Positions 19,744 to 29,782 of a DNA stretch of 64,000 nucleotides are shown here, piece by piece. Below the pieces are notes generated by a model that was given only the letters and a program-made list of their open reading frames with translations, was not told where the DNA came from and searched no databases. The translations under genes and the position numbers were made by a program. Numbering within the stretch: the stretch's first letter is position 1; each line of letters opens with the position of its first letter. This DNA is from a virus: the IMG/VR virus record IMGVR_UViG_3300030333_008459, positions 14,500 through 78,499 of that record; one strand, given 5' to 3'.

Positions 19744-20674
19744 TTTTCTCTATATACTTAATTAAACGATCACAAGTGTAATTTTCAACAGAATGATCAA
19801 AAGAGTCCTCCATCATATCCTTGTAATTGCTCCAATTGGATAGAATCTCGGTTATTTTTAATCTAAGATCATCTTCGTTGTCAAAATAAATAAAATGTTT
19901 ATCAGGATTATACCACTGTTCAACAACATTCCAATGGTCTCGTTCGACTAAATTTACTGTTTTAGCCAAAGAAGCCTCTATAAAGCGAGATTTTAATTGA
20001 GGCAGTATGCCCTCAGAATCCACATGAGAGAACGCGATATTTTGACTCCAAGAAGGCTGGCTTTTTATGTAATGCAAATCTACTTCGTTTCGGATAGGAA
20101 AATTATTATAGCATACTGATATTTTACATTCAGATATTTTTTGCATTTTCTCCTGATGTGTTAAATTTAAATCAGTAGCGTGGGGAATACAGGCTTGAGT
20201 CAAAGGATTGATGCCATGAGTCATGGTCATGTAGCGATAATTAAAGTTGCTTAATAAATTCAACATTCCTAGATACTTGCGCCCATGAATGCCACCGTGG
20301 TAACAAACGTCATATTTTTTTTCAGTATGTTCTGGAATATATCTTGAGTGAAACGGATACCAAACTTTTTGATACTTGTCGGTATTTTTAATTTTGTTAA
20401 GCCATTCTGCCGTAAAAGGACAAATAGAATAAATTGAATCAAACCTGTCTTCACAGTTTATATCGTAAGGGCCGCAAAACTCCGTAGGAGGGACCACGTT
20501 CAGATATATGTTCTTTGAGTGTTTAGATAGTAAATCGGAATGAGCTTGGTTGCAAATAAATGTATAACCATAATAAAGAGCGGTTGATATATCCTCTGAT
20601 TGAAAATCTTCTAGGTCAAAGTAGTTAGTGTTTGTCCCTTTTATTTCGACAGAAAGATCTTTATATATTTTCAT
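19733..20674 (-). CDS. Putative GT-B glycosyltransferase (CgeB-like C-terminus)
   Basis: KKYDVCYHG, KISV, KSRFIEA, HFIYF. Confidence 0.65.
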   Translation of the reverse strand: MKIYKDLSVEIKGTNTNYFDLEDFQSEDISTALYYGYTFICNQAHSDLLSKHSKNIYLNVVPPTEFCGPYDINCEDRFDSIYSICPFTAEWLNKIKNTDKYQKVWYPFHSRYIPEHTEKKYDVCYHGGIHGRKYLGMLNLLSNFNYRYMTMTHGINPLTQACIPHATDLNLTHQEKMQKISECKISVCYNNFPIRNEVDLHYIKSQPSWSQNIAFSHVDSEGILPQLKSRFIEASLAKTVNLVERDHWNVVEQWYNPDKHFIYFDNEDDLRLKITEILSNWSNYKDMMEDSFDHSVENYTCDRLIKYIEKNEL

Positions 20675-21459
20675 TAAAAAATCCCCCTTTCACAAGGGTT
20701 TATTTTATACTTTAAAATAAGAGGAAACAACTCTTTATAATATTCTTTCAGGTTCCACTTACCTTTAACAACAGCTGAAGCGGTATAAGGAAATACATGA
20801 GAATCGTAATGACAATCCCCGCGTAAAGGCTCTTTGTTATAAGCAACCACGCCCTGTAAATTTAAATTTTTGCAGACTTCATTTGCTTCTACCTCAAAAT
20901 GACCGCCTAAAACTCCTTTTTGTCCGATATGAAGATTTGGCCCCAATTCGTGGATTTTTTCAAGAGTCTTTTTTCTCCATATCCCTGCTGTTTGGCTATA
21001 AAAAAACGGTTGATCATGAGACAAATAAAAAAGGTCGTTAGAAAGTTTTTTAGGAGTAATGTTTGGCCCCCTAGTAAACCTTATAAAAGAAAGATCTTGA
21101 TTCTCCTCCAATATTTTTAAATAGTTAGAAATTTTTGACAAATTAACTGCGTCATACAAAATATAATCTTCATTTAAATAAAGAATAAAATCTTCTTTTA
21201 CTTCTTTAAGAGACTCTAAATACTGCACTCTAAAACAGTCGTCCTTATTGTATAAAACTGCTTTATACCTTGTGGAAAGCCCAAGTGAATTATCAGTAAA
21301 AACATAACTTGTTCCAATGAACCCTTGTTCCATGCTTGGTTCTAAAAAGTGTTTTTCAAGTTGACCAAAAAAGATTGGCCACAGATCAGAACTTGAAGAG
21401 TGGGTGTTTATAACAACAGATAGAGATGAAAACATTTTATTGGTTTTTGAATATTTCAA
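20674..21459 (-). CDS. Putative GT-A glycosyltransferase
   Basis: FILYLNEDY, AGIWRK, AVVKGKW; cluster context. Confidence 0.55.
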   Translation of the reverse strand: MKYSKTNKMFSSLSVVINTHSSSSDLWPIFFGQLEKHFLEPSMEQGFIGTSYVFTDNSLGLSTRYKAVLYNKDDCFRVQYLESLKEVKEDFILYLNEDYILYDAVNLSKISNYLKILEENQDLSFIRFTRGPNITPKKLSNDLFYLSHDQPFFYSQTAGIWRKKTLEKIHELGPNLHIGQKGVLGGHFEVEANEVCKNLNLQGVVAYNKEPLRGDCHYDSHVFPYTASAVVKGKWNLKEYYKELFPLILKYKINPCERGIF

Positions 21460-22075
21460 AAGTTGTTAAGTCCCTATAGTCTGGTTCTTCAATTTGGTCT
21501 GCCGCATGTTTGGGGTAAACATTTAAAAGCATCATTCCCCTCGCCGCCCATTCAGGCGTTATATAAGAATTGTATCCTAAAAAATCAGGCTGATCTAGAC
21601 TGTAAGGTGTTTTTTCGTCTCGACCAGACCACCTTAGCTTTTTCAAAGCTTTGTATATTTTAAAATCATCTGTTAAAATAGCTCCACCTTTGCCTATTTT
21701 AAGAGGCTTTTTGATGCCAAAAGATAAACACATCATGGTCCCTTCTATATACATGTTTGATGTCAGTCTTTTAGCGGCATCATAAATAGGATAAGGTTTT
21801 AATTGATAAATGCCATGCCATTTTACATCCTCAAACTTAACCTCGCCACCCGCTTGGATAATAGATTGAGGCACAGAAATATAAGTTCTTTTGGGGATTG
21901 TAACTTCTTTTACTTTTAAATAATCACAACACAGTTTTAAAGCGTTAGTGCAGTTATCACACACCACCGCAAACGGAGCGCCTGTGTATTCCGCTAGATT
22001 TTCTTCGAACATACCTACTATTTTTTGTGGGTCGTTCATCTCTCTAAAATATAATATTTCTTTTTGAAGCCACAA
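21437..22075 (-). CDS. Short DegT/DnrJ/EryC1/StrS PLP sugar aminotransferase
   Basis: FEENLAEYTG, NCTNAL, DAA, SFGIKKPLKIGKGG; only about 200 aa. Confidence 0.85.
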   Translation of the reverse strand: MWLQKEILYFREMNDPQKIVGMFEENLAEYTGAPFAVVCDNCTNALKLCCDYLKVKEVTIPKRTYISVPQSIIQAGGEVKFEDVKWHGIYQLKPYPIYDAAKRLTSNMYIEGTMMCLSFGIKKPLKIGKGGAILTDDFKIYKALKKLRWSGRDEKTPYSLDQPDFLGYNSYITPEWAARGMMLLNVYPKHAADQIEEPDYRDLTTFEIFKNQ

Positions 22076-22410
22076 GACTCAAAAAGAGCGATACTTTTCG
22101 AATTTTTAATTTTTACTTTAGCAAAAGCCTCGGGGTGTTTTTCTATAAATTTACTCAACATAAACTTGCCGACACCTTTTTTTTGATGGCTTTTAATAAT
22201 TGCTATCCGTATATCTTTATCAACGCTTCCTATGAATCCTATCGGGACTTTCTCTTCTAAACAAATTAGGTAATTTGAATTGTTTTTACGCATGAATTTT
22301 TCATGCTCATAAAAGCCTATGTTTTTTTGAGATACAAAACCCTCCTTAAGTTCATTCCTTAAGGAAAGAACAAAATCCCAGTATTTTTCTTCGCAGGGGA
22401 CTAACTCCAT
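22036..22410 (-). CDS. GNAT N-acetyltransferase
   Basis: HQKKGVG (motif A), NSKSIALFESCGF. Confidence 0.85.
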   Translation of the reverse strand: MELVPCEEKYWDFVLSLRNELKEGFVSQKNIGFYEHEKFMRKNNSNYLICLEEKVPIGFIGSVDKDIRIAIIKSHQKKGVGKFMLSKFIEKHPEAFAKVKIKNSKSIALFESCGFKKKYYILER

Positions 22411-23240
22411 AGGTCTATGTCTTGTGGGGCTGGGTTTTCTGGATTAGACCAGTATGTTTTAAGATAAGTTCTCATCGCTTTCCATCCCTCTAGTTGTAAA
22501 TATGGTCCTAAAGCTGACCCAATATCCATGTATTGGTTTTTATCAAAGTCTTTATACAGCTCATAACATAAAAAATTACTTAAAGACGCAGCGGCGAATA
22601 AAAACAAATGATTTTCTATGTTGTTTTCTTTTATCCAATGTTTGCAAGCGTCAATTAAATAATAGTCGTCTTTCATGCAATTAGGACCAACAGGAAAGTG
22701 TTTTTTTACTTTAAAGGGTAGCTTGTCAAATTTTGAATTTTTGTTGCTAACAAGAACTACGTTTTTCCCCGCTAATAAAGGAACCACCTCTGAAACAAAA
22801 TGCTTATAGTTGTCATTAATTAACACATTGCTAAATGTAAGGTGTTCATCGTCTCCCTCTTCATACAGATCCTTGCAAAACTGCCAAGAAGAAGAACCAT
22901 CTTGACCATTATGGGGTGGTATACCCTTAAAATAATTTTCTTTTCTAAATTTAAAAGCTTCTACAAGCTTGGTGTGCAGGTAAGGGGTTTCTTCGGGAAT
23001 AAATTTTTTCTGCTCCTCGTCTTTCTTAAAAGCATATGAAGGTAGCTGGAGAGTTTGCCCTTCATATATGTCTCCTTGGACTAGAATGCCGTCTCCTAAG
23101 ATAAGGGTTTTATTTCTAAGAACAGTTAGCTCACCATCCGAAAATCGAGCAAAACTAAATGGTTTGTCAGACTCTATTAACGTGACTATCTTGTCAAATT
23201 CTCCTTTAAATGTTTTCATTTGTAATTGTCTTTCGCCCAC
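22401..23240 (-). CDS. GT-D fold (DUF1792-like) putative glycosyltransferase
   Basis: FARFSDGE and DIGS motifs. Confidence 0.65.
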   Translation of the reverse strand: MGERQLQMKTFKGEFDKIVTLIESDKPFSFARFSDGELTVLRNKTLILGDGILVQGDIYEGQTLQLPSYAFKKDEEQKKFIPEETPYLHTKLVEAFKFRKENYFKGIPPHNGQDGSSSWQFCKDLYEEGDDEHLTFSNVLINDNYKHFVSEVVPLLAGKNVVLVSNKNSKFDKLPFKVKKHFPVGPNCMKDDYYLIDACKHWIKENNIENHLFLFAAASLSNFLCYELYKDFDKNQYMDIGSALGPYLQLEGWKAMRTYLKTYWSNPENPAPQDIDLWS

Positions 23241-24268
23241 TCATAAATACGACTTAGAGACTCTTCTAAGTCAATATCAAGAACGTATCCTAATTCTTTT
23301 TGGATCTTCTTAACAGATGGACATCTCCTCTTAGGCTCATGCTTATATACAATTGGAGGCTCTATCAACTCTATCATATTTTTAGTGCCAGAAACCTTTT
23401 CCACTAGTTTGGCCAAGTCTACCATAGAAATTTCATTTTCAGGATTTCCTATATGATATAAAATATCCTTTCCTTGTGTTAAAACTTGAATGCAACCCGC
23501 TAGAAAATCTCCATACCAACAAAAAGTTCTAGTTTGAGTTCCTGGGGCATAAATTCTCATCTTTTCTCCTTTTAGACAGTTCGAAATAAAATTTGGAATT
23601 ACTCTCTTATCGTCTTGTCTGAAATAACCAACAACGTTGAATGGCCTAACTATTTTGCAATCTACGTTAAACTGATCTTTGAAAATATATGAGATTGTTT
23701 CAATATACATTTTTGTTACATCGTAACAAGATCTTTTGTCTAAGGTTTTTGCTGTGGGAGTATAACTCTCATCTGTAGGAATAAACTCTTTAGATGGAGT
23801 TCCTAAAACCTCTGAAGAAGAAAAATTTAATATTTTGGCATTATTGGACAAGGCTGTTTGAAGAAGGTTTTTAGTTCCCTCTGTAGAAACATCCATCGTT
23901 TCAAGGGGATATCTTTCATAATAGTAAGGGCTAGCACATCCACTACAATTAATAATAAAATCTATTTTTTCTTTATAAAGCTTTAGGCTTAAATAACTAC
24001 TTGTTAAATCGTGATGTAAATTTATAAGCGTATCATCTTCCAGAAGATCTTTTCTTTCTCTTCCTAAAAAATTATCAAGCGATATAATTCGACACTTATT
24101 TTTAAACTTAAAATGATTTAAAAATAAAAGATATCTTACAAACAAAGCACCCAAAAATCCTGCTCCTCCACAAACCAAAATAGTTTTTCCTTCAAAGGAA
24201 TAACAGTTACTTTCTGTTTTTTTGTATATTTCTTCGAAATCTCTATAGTAGCAGTCTTTAAGTTGCAT
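23216..24268 (-). CDS. UDP-glucuronate decarboxylase-like SDR enzyme
   Basis: GGAGFLG, ASPYYY, SSSEV, RSCYDVTK, QTRTFC, PKRRCP. Confidence 0.85.
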   Translation of the reverse strand: MQLKDCYYRDFEEIYKKTESNCYSFEGKTILVCGGAGFLGALFVRYLLFLNHFKFKNKCRIISLDNFLGRERKDLLEDDTLINLHHDLTSSYLSLKLYKEKIDFIINCSGCASPYYYERYPLETMDVSTEGTKNLLQTALSNNAKILNFSSSEVLGTPSKEFIPTDESYTPTAKTLDKRSCYDVTKMYIETISYIFKDQFNVDCKIVRPFNVVGYFRQDDKRVIPNFISNCLKGEKMRIYAPGTQTRTFCWYGDFLAGCIQVLTQGKDILYHIGNPENEISMVDLAKLVEKVSGTKNMIELIEPPIVYKHEPKRRCPSVKKIQKELGYVLDIDLEESLSRIYEWAKDNYK

Positions 24269-25247
24269 TGATTATTTCAGCTATTTTTTGAGAAGATTTA
24301 CCGTCACCAAAGGGACAGTCTGAATCTACTTGATAATTATCCTTTAAAGATTCAAAAATTCCAACAAGTTTGTCGGGTGTGCGACACATGACCAAGTGTC
24401 CTGAAGCTTTGCCTTCTGGTCTTTCTGTGCTTTTCCTACAGACAATAACTTTCTTATTCAAAAAACTTCCTTCTTCTTGCAACCCTCCGCTATCACTAAT
24501 TACAAGTTTACATTTGGCTAAAATATCTAATAGAGTATTATGAGGCAATGGGTCTAAAACGTTAACGTGAGATAATAAATGTTTGTAGCGAGAAACGTTT
24601 GGGTTGGGGTGTAGAGGCAAAATAAACTCTAAAGAAGCATTTTCTTTTGCTAGTTTATTAACCTGCTTAAACCACTCTGACATAAATTTGTGATTTTCTC
24701 TTCGATGGAGCGTTACTAATATTTTGTTATCGTATTCACATTTTTCTTTATAAGAAACAAGATTGTCTAAAACTGTATTGCCAACTATATGGCAGTCGCC
24801 TTTGACTAATTCGTGTGAAAGGTGATCTTTAGATAAAGAGGTAGGACAAAAGTTGACATCTGAAATCCTTGAAATCATCTGCCTGTATGCCTCTTCGGGA
24901 TATGGGTGATCTAGGTTATAACTTCTTAATCCAGCCTCTAAGTAGTAAATTTTCTTATGGTTATGAAATGCAGCCAATGCACACGCAAAAGCTGAAGCTG
25001 TATCCCCTTGAACTAAAATAGCGTCGAAGTCTCCACTTGGAAACTGGAGCAGACAGTCACTAACTATTTGATCCAATCTTTTGTCTGGGTGAGACGCATG
25101 TATGTAGACCTTATGATCTGTTTTTATGGATTTTAGTAGATCAGTATGTTGGCCTGTAAACAAAAGCTCATAGTTATCCAATACTTCTAAAAGCGGTTTA
25201 ACCTTAAGCCACTCAGGTCTAGTGCCAAAACATATTAAAATCTTCAT
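24258..25247 (-). CDS. wecB: UDP-N-acetylglucosamine 2-epimerase (non-hydrolysing)
   Basis: FGTRPE, TGQH, QGDT, EAGLRS, PEE, TLHRREN, DSGGLQEE, TERPE. Confidence 0.95.
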   Translation of the reverse strand: MKILICFGTRPEWLKVKPLLEVLDNYELLFTGQHTDLLKSIKTDHKVYIHASHPDKRLDQIVSDCLLQFPSGDFDAILVQGDTASAFACALAAFHNHKKIYYLEAGLRSYNLDHPYPEEAYRQMISRISDVNFCPTSLSKDHLSHELVKGDCHIVGNTVLDNLVSYKEKCEYDNKILVTLHRRENHKFMSEWFKQVNKLAKENASLEFILPLHPNPNVSRYKHLLSHVNVLDPLPHNTLLDILAKCKLVISDSGGLQEEGSFLNKKVIVCRKSTERPEGKASGHLVMCRTPDKLVGIFESLKDNYQVDSDCPFGDGKSSQKIAEIINAT

Positions 25248-25981
25248 TCAACCTTTAACAGTTTAAATCCCTTGTCATAATAATGCTTTAAAGACAGCCC
25301 AAAGTCAATACCATTTGAATTTACTGAGATGGAATTTTCATCAACCCCGTAAGTCATGGCTGATTTAGGCTGACTACCCCATAGTTCTAAGTCATCTTCG
25401 GGGTGCGGTGGGACATAAGTGTTAAGATTTAAATATTTTTGAATAGCATAAGAAAAATGCACATCTTCTCCACAAATATTATTTAAAGGTGGACCCGTTT
25501 CTCTCCAAAAAGCACCTAAAAGATCTCGGTGAAAAAACCAAGAGTGACCTACTATATCTACTTGTTTTTTCTCTTGGTTAGGGTTGGGCCAACCAAAGCG
25601 TTCAAACGACTTATATCCCACATCATTAAAGACCACTCCTACTGTTCCATATAAGCCGTTTTCTTCTTTAATAGAGTTGATACAATTTTCTGCCCACTTA
25701 CTGCCTGGGATTGTGTCATCGTCTAATAAACATATATATTCTGATTTTGCGTTTAAGGCAAAGGCAAATCTAGCCCAAACTCCATAATTGTGATTATTGT
25801 GAGAAATTTTTATCTGACCAGAATCATCTTGTAAGTAAAAATAATTTTCGCGCTTTTCGGGTTGATTTTGCCAAATCATAATTTCATTTGGCTTAATTGT
25901 TTGTTTTGTAATAGCCTCTGTTTGCTCTTTGAGAGTATGAGGTCTTTGCCAAGTGTTTAAAACAAAAGTCACAGTGTCCAT
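25244..25981 (-). CDS. GT2-like glycosyltransferase
   Basis: ICLLDDD, GED motifs. Confidence 0.75.
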   Translation of the reverse strand: MDTVTFVLNTWQRPHTLKEQTEAITKQTIKPNEIMIWQNQPEKRENYFYLQDDSGQIKISHNNHNYGVWARFAFALNAKSEYICLLDDDTIPGSKWAENCINSIKEENGLYGTVGVVFNDVGYKSFERFGWPNPNQEKKQVDIVGHSWFFHRDLLGAFWRETGPPLNNICGEDVHFSYAIQKYLNLNTYVPPHPEDDLELWGSQPKSAMTYGVDENSISVNSNGIDFGLSLKHYYDKGFKLLKVE

Positions 25982-25982
25982 A

Positions 25983-26846
25983 TTATTGAAATAGTTTAAA
26001 TGTTAAATCTGAAGGGTTAAAATCTCCCCAAGTGTCTTCGTATAAGTTTTTGCAAAGGTCTAGGTCTTTGAATTCTGACCAATCATTAATTATTAACAAT
26101 GGTATGCCTAGTTCTTTAAACTTTTCTACCCCATGCCATCTTTGCACAATGGGAACGCTCTTCATATAAATAGATTCCCATGTTTTGTGACAATCCACCC
26201 CGTTTCCGATTGGAGAAACTGTAAAGTAAGATTGAGCGATGTCAGAAAGATAATTTTCCTGAGTAGAATTTACAAAATCGTCGTGTTCTTTTATAGATGA
26301 AGCATTTGGATAATTTTTTTCTAATTTTAAACAGTGCTCGGAACCCAGCTGCTCTATGCAATACTTGCGAGCCGCAAAATTAGTCGAAACATTAAAGTTT
26401 GCATAAACTGTATTGTTTTTTTCTAAATTATTAGAAGAGATATTTAAGAATCTTTCTTGATTTCCATGAGACCATTTAGGATTAGCTATACCTATGGGTA
26501 TAGGTTTTACTTTTGGATGATCAAACAAGAGATTTTGAGTATACCAGTGAGAAATATTCGGAAATAAATCTAATACATATTCTATTTTCTCCTTATCAAA
26601 ATTTATATCAGAGTTGTGAGTTACTAAAACAAATTGTTCTGGTAATTTTATCGCTCCAATTTTAACATAAGTAGAAAAAAGAGAAAGCTTTTCAGGCTTG
26701 CAGAAAAAATAATCGTTTTCTAGATCGTGATCAATAATGTAACTAAACTCATCTTGCCTAGCGTCTTTATAGTTACTCAGTTGATTTCTGCACTGATGCT
26801 TAAAATATGTTCCGCATAAAAATTTCATAATAATGTTTTCTCCCAA
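25983..26846 (-). CDS. Exostosin/GT47-like glycosyltransferase
   Basis: THNSD, PIPIG, SPIGNGVDCHKTWES..VPI. Confidence 0.7.
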   Translation of the reverse strand: MGENIIMKFLCGTYFKHQCRNQLSNYKDARQDEFSYIIDHDLENDYFFCKPEKLSLFSTYVKIGAIKLPEQFVLVTHNSDINFDKEKIEYVLDLFPNISHWYTQNLLFDHPKVKPIPIGIANPKWSHGNQERFLNISSNNLEKNNTVYANFNVSTNFAARKYCIEQLGSEHCLKLEKNYPNASSIKEHDDFVNSTQENYLSDIAQSYFTVSPIGNGVDCHKTWESIYMKSVPIVQRWHGVEKFKELGIPLLIINDWSEFKDLDLCKNLYEDTWGDFNPSDLTFKLFQ

Positions 26847-27676
26847 AATATAGAGGCCGCGTTTTTACAGCCGTTTTTGAATTCATCATAACCAACATTT
26901 TGGAACTCAAGATAAGACCCAAGTTTATTGGTGTCTCCTATTATATCTTCTACCCCACAAAGCAAAGCTTCAGCTATCATACGACAAAAAGGTTCATTTA
27001 CTATCGGATGATGAAACAGAGAATTACATTTTTGAAAAACTTCTGCTATTTCAGAGTGTTTCTTTTGTCCGTTAAATTTAATATTAGGATAAGGATTGAA
27101 GAGAGCTTCTATGTTCATTTCCCCCCACCCAAAGACATCAACATTTCTGTTTAGATTGCTTTTCGCGAAATCAATTAAATGATTTAGACCTTTTAGGGGA
27201 TGTAAATAACCACAATAAACAACGTCATAGTCTTTCTCACAATCGACTTTTTTAAAAATATTAGTGTTTATTGGGTCGTAATTAATCTCTGTGTTACAAA
27301 AATAATCACCATACATTTTCTTGAAGAATTCACGATGGAAATTACTTAAAAAGAATATTTTTTTTGTAGATTCAAATAGGTCTTTTCTGCGGTTTGGCTC
27401 AAGATATAAACAAGAATCGTGTTCTAGTCGTATGTGTTTGGGGTGTTTTATAATAAAATCTAGCTTTTCAGGGTTCTTGTTGTTTATAATTTCTAAGTTA
27501 GAACTAATTAAAAGATCATAATAGGATAAAAAATCAACCACAGAAGAAGTGTGATTATGTTCCACTACTTCATAGCCTAGTTCTCTGCCTCTCTCAATTA
27601 TAAGAGAGTTACTTAGCTGCGCTCCTCCCGAATTTTGTTCTAAGCTGAAGTCAGATACAAATAGAACCCTCATCAT
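26825..27676 (-). CDS. GT4-like glycosyltransferase
   Basis: GGA, GYLHPLKG, EPFCRMIAEA (Ex7E). Confidence 0.85.
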   Translation of the reverse strand: MMRVLFVSDFSLEQNSGGAQLSNSLIIERGRELGYEVVEHNHTSSVVDFLSYYDLLISSNLEIINNKNPEKLDFIIKHPKHIRLEHDSCLYLEPNRRKDLFESTKKIFFLSNFHREFFKKMYGDYFCNTEINYDPINTNIFKKVDCEKDYDVVYCGYLHPLKGLNHLIDFAKSNLNRNVDVFGWGEMNIEALFNPYPNIKFNGQKKHSEIAEVFQKCNSLFHHPIVNEPFCRMIAEALLCGVEDIIGDTNKLGSYLEFQNVGYDEFKNGCKNAASIFWEKTLL

Positions 27677-27702
27677 ACAGTGTGTATGATTATAGGAGTC
27701 TT

Positions 27703-28119
27703 TTACTGTTCTTCTACCTCAAGAGGGAAAAATGTTTTCTCCGCTTCGTCATCAGTAATATGAGACAATAAAAGGTCAGATCGAGAAATTAGAAAATCTT
27801 TATTAGAAAACCTCCAGAAAGGCTCAGAATCCTCCTGAATATAGCTTTTATCAGTTCCTTTGATAATATCCATGTCGTGGAACTTGTAAGAATCGTTAAC
27901 TTTTTCCCCTGAAACAAGCTTTAAAAACATATTGACCCTAGCCATAGCCCACTGAGCTGTAGTCTTGCAGGGTTCCCAGTTAACTTGAGCCGCTTTTTCA
28001 CCTCTTTTGTATACTCTTATCAGTTTTTCGACCGTAACAGTATTTTTGTTGGTTTTATTAAATTTAATAACCTTTGCTGCTAGGCAGGTATAAATTTTTT
28101 CTGAAAAAATGCGATTCAT
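27703..28119 (-). CDS. Hypothetical viral protein (DUF5824-like motif)
   Basis: VYKRGEKA...QWAMARVNMF motif recalled from viral proteins. Confidence 0.6.
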   Translation of the reverse strand: MNRIFSEKIYTCLAAKVIKFNKTNKNTVTVEKLIRVYKRGEKAAQVNWEPCKTTAQWAMARVNMFLKLVSGEKVNDSYKFHDMDIIKGTDKSYIQEDSEPFWRFSNKDFLISRSDLLLSHITDDEAEKTFFPLEVEEQ

Positions 28120-28135
28120 CCTTTATTTCTTACAC

Positions 28136-29782
28136 TTAACCTTCACAAGAAGAACAATTTAAAATAGAACGCGCTAACTCTTGGCTTGGATTCGCGCTTC
28201 TTTGATAATAGAAACTTTTAACGCCTTGTTCCCATCCAAAAATAAGAAGCTCGCTTACTTGTTTTGGGGGGCATTTCGGAGAAATCATCAAATTGAGGCT
28301 TTGTCCTTGATCTATAAACTTTTGGCGCTGAGAAGCTTGGATAACGATTTCTTTTTGAGATGTTTCTCCGAATGTTTTAAATACAGATTTTTCTTCGTCA
28401 GATAAAAAATCTAAGTGTTGGACTGAGCCGCCCTTACTAAGAATAGACTTCCAAGTGGTTTGAGTATTTTTCTTCTTTTCTTCTAAAAGTCTTTCTAGAT
28501 AAGGATTTTTGTAAGTGAATTTACCTTTAGCTAGATCCTTGGTGAAGTAATTGCTATTCAAGGGTTCGATTGATGGCGAAACCTGACCTAGTATAAAAGA
28601 ACTGGAAGTTGTAGGTGCAATCGCCATTGTTGTCATATTGCGCCTACCATAACCTTCTAGATGCGATGGCTCACCCAATAAGACGGATAATTGTTTTGTC
28701 GCGCTATCTGCTTTTTCTCTTATTGTTTTGTGAATTTCTGTGTTTATAAACTTAGCCTCCATACCTTCGAATGGAATCAATTTAGATTGCAAGAAAGAGT
28801 GCCATCCAAGAACTCCGACACCTAAAGCTCTCTGCCTCTTAGCAAAGTTGTGAGAAGCTTTCATATAGGGTATATCTTCTGTTTTTTGGATATACTCTTC
28901 CATTACGGCATCCAGAAAATAAACAAGGGTCTCAATCGCATCAGTTTTAACTATCTCGTCCCATTCTAGAAGATTCAGAGAAGACAAACAACAGACAAAA
29001 GATTCTTCTTCCGAAGAATGTAAGAATATTTCGCTACAAAGATTGGAGGCGTGGATTTGTAAGTTTTTATCTTTGTAAGGTTTGGGAGCTTGTTGGTTGG
29101 CGGTATCCGTAAAAAATATGTAAGGATAACCAGTTTCAAATCTTTTTCTTATGATCGAAGCCCATACAGATCTCTTTTTCTTGTCGCCCTCTATCATGGA
29201 GCGCATCCATTCGTCTGCAATGCAAACAGCAAAAGACATTTCTTGGATTGGATTACCCTCGCTGCGTATCCTTAAAAATTCATTAATGTCAGGATGATCT
29301 ACAGGTAGATAAGCTGCAAAAGATCCTCTTCTGACATTGCTTTGAGAAACAACAGAGGAAACTTTGTCAAATAATTCCATAAAATGGACTGGGCCACTTG
29401 AAGTCCCTCCCGCTGAAATTTCAACCCCTCTTCCTCTTAGCTCTCCAAAATATCCAGAAGTGCCAGAGCCATGTTTTGTCTGCATCCCTACTTCAGCTTG
29501 CTTGTCCAGAATGGCATCCATTCGGTCTTCTATGAAGACTCCATTGCAAGAAATAGGAAGACCTCTATCTCTGCCGAAGTTAGCCCACACAGGGCTAGCT
29601 AGAGAATAAAAACCTCTTCTTAGATAATCTTCAAACTTATCAGAAAAACCTTTTATTTTTAGAAGCTTTTCTGCGGTGACAGCGATGTCATGACCTCGCT
29701 GTTCTGCTGATTCTCCCTCTCTCAAATATCCCCGCTTTAAAAAATCTCGGGAATCTTTATTAAGCCACTTATATCTTTTCAT
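28136..29782 (-). CDS. nrdA: Class I ribonucleotide reductase alpha subunit, compact, no ATP cone
   Basis: PISC, SNLCSEI, CCLSS, APT, YY pair, C-terminal CSSCEG. Confidence 0.96.
   Translation of the reverse strand: MKRYKWLNKDSRDFLKRGYLREGESAEQRGHDIAVTAEKLLKIKGFSDKFEDYLRRGFYSLASPVWANFGRDRGLPISCNGVFIEDRMDAILDKQAEVGMQTKHGSGTSGYFGELRGRGVEISAGGTSSGPVHFMELFDKVSSVVSQSNVRRGSFAAYLPVDHPDINEFLRIRSEGNPIQEMSFAVCIADEWMRSMIEGDKKKRSVWASIIRKRFETGYPYIFFTDTANQQAPKPYKDKNLQIHASNLCSEIFLHSSEEESFVCCLSSLNLLEWDEIVKTDAIETLVYFLDAVMEEYIQKTEDIPYMKASHNFAKRQRALGVGVLGWHSFLQSKLIPFEGMEAKFINTEIHKTIREKADSATKQLSVLLGEPSHLEGYGRRNMTTMAIAPTTSSSFILGQVSPSIEPLNSNYFTKDLAKGKFTYKNPYLERLLEEKKKNTQTTWKSILSKGGSVQHLDFLSDEEKSVFKTFGETSQKEIVIQASQRQKFIDQGQSLNLMISPKCPPKQVSELLIFGWEQGVKSFYYQRSANPSQELARSILNCSSCEG

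Noticed and set aside
11619-27676. Bacterial chromosomal O-antigen locus (prophage/host junction)
   Set aside because: It is coupled by overlaps to phage-type genes, flanked by phage replication genes on both sides, and lacks wzx/wzy/wzm/wzt; no att site or integrase is seen.
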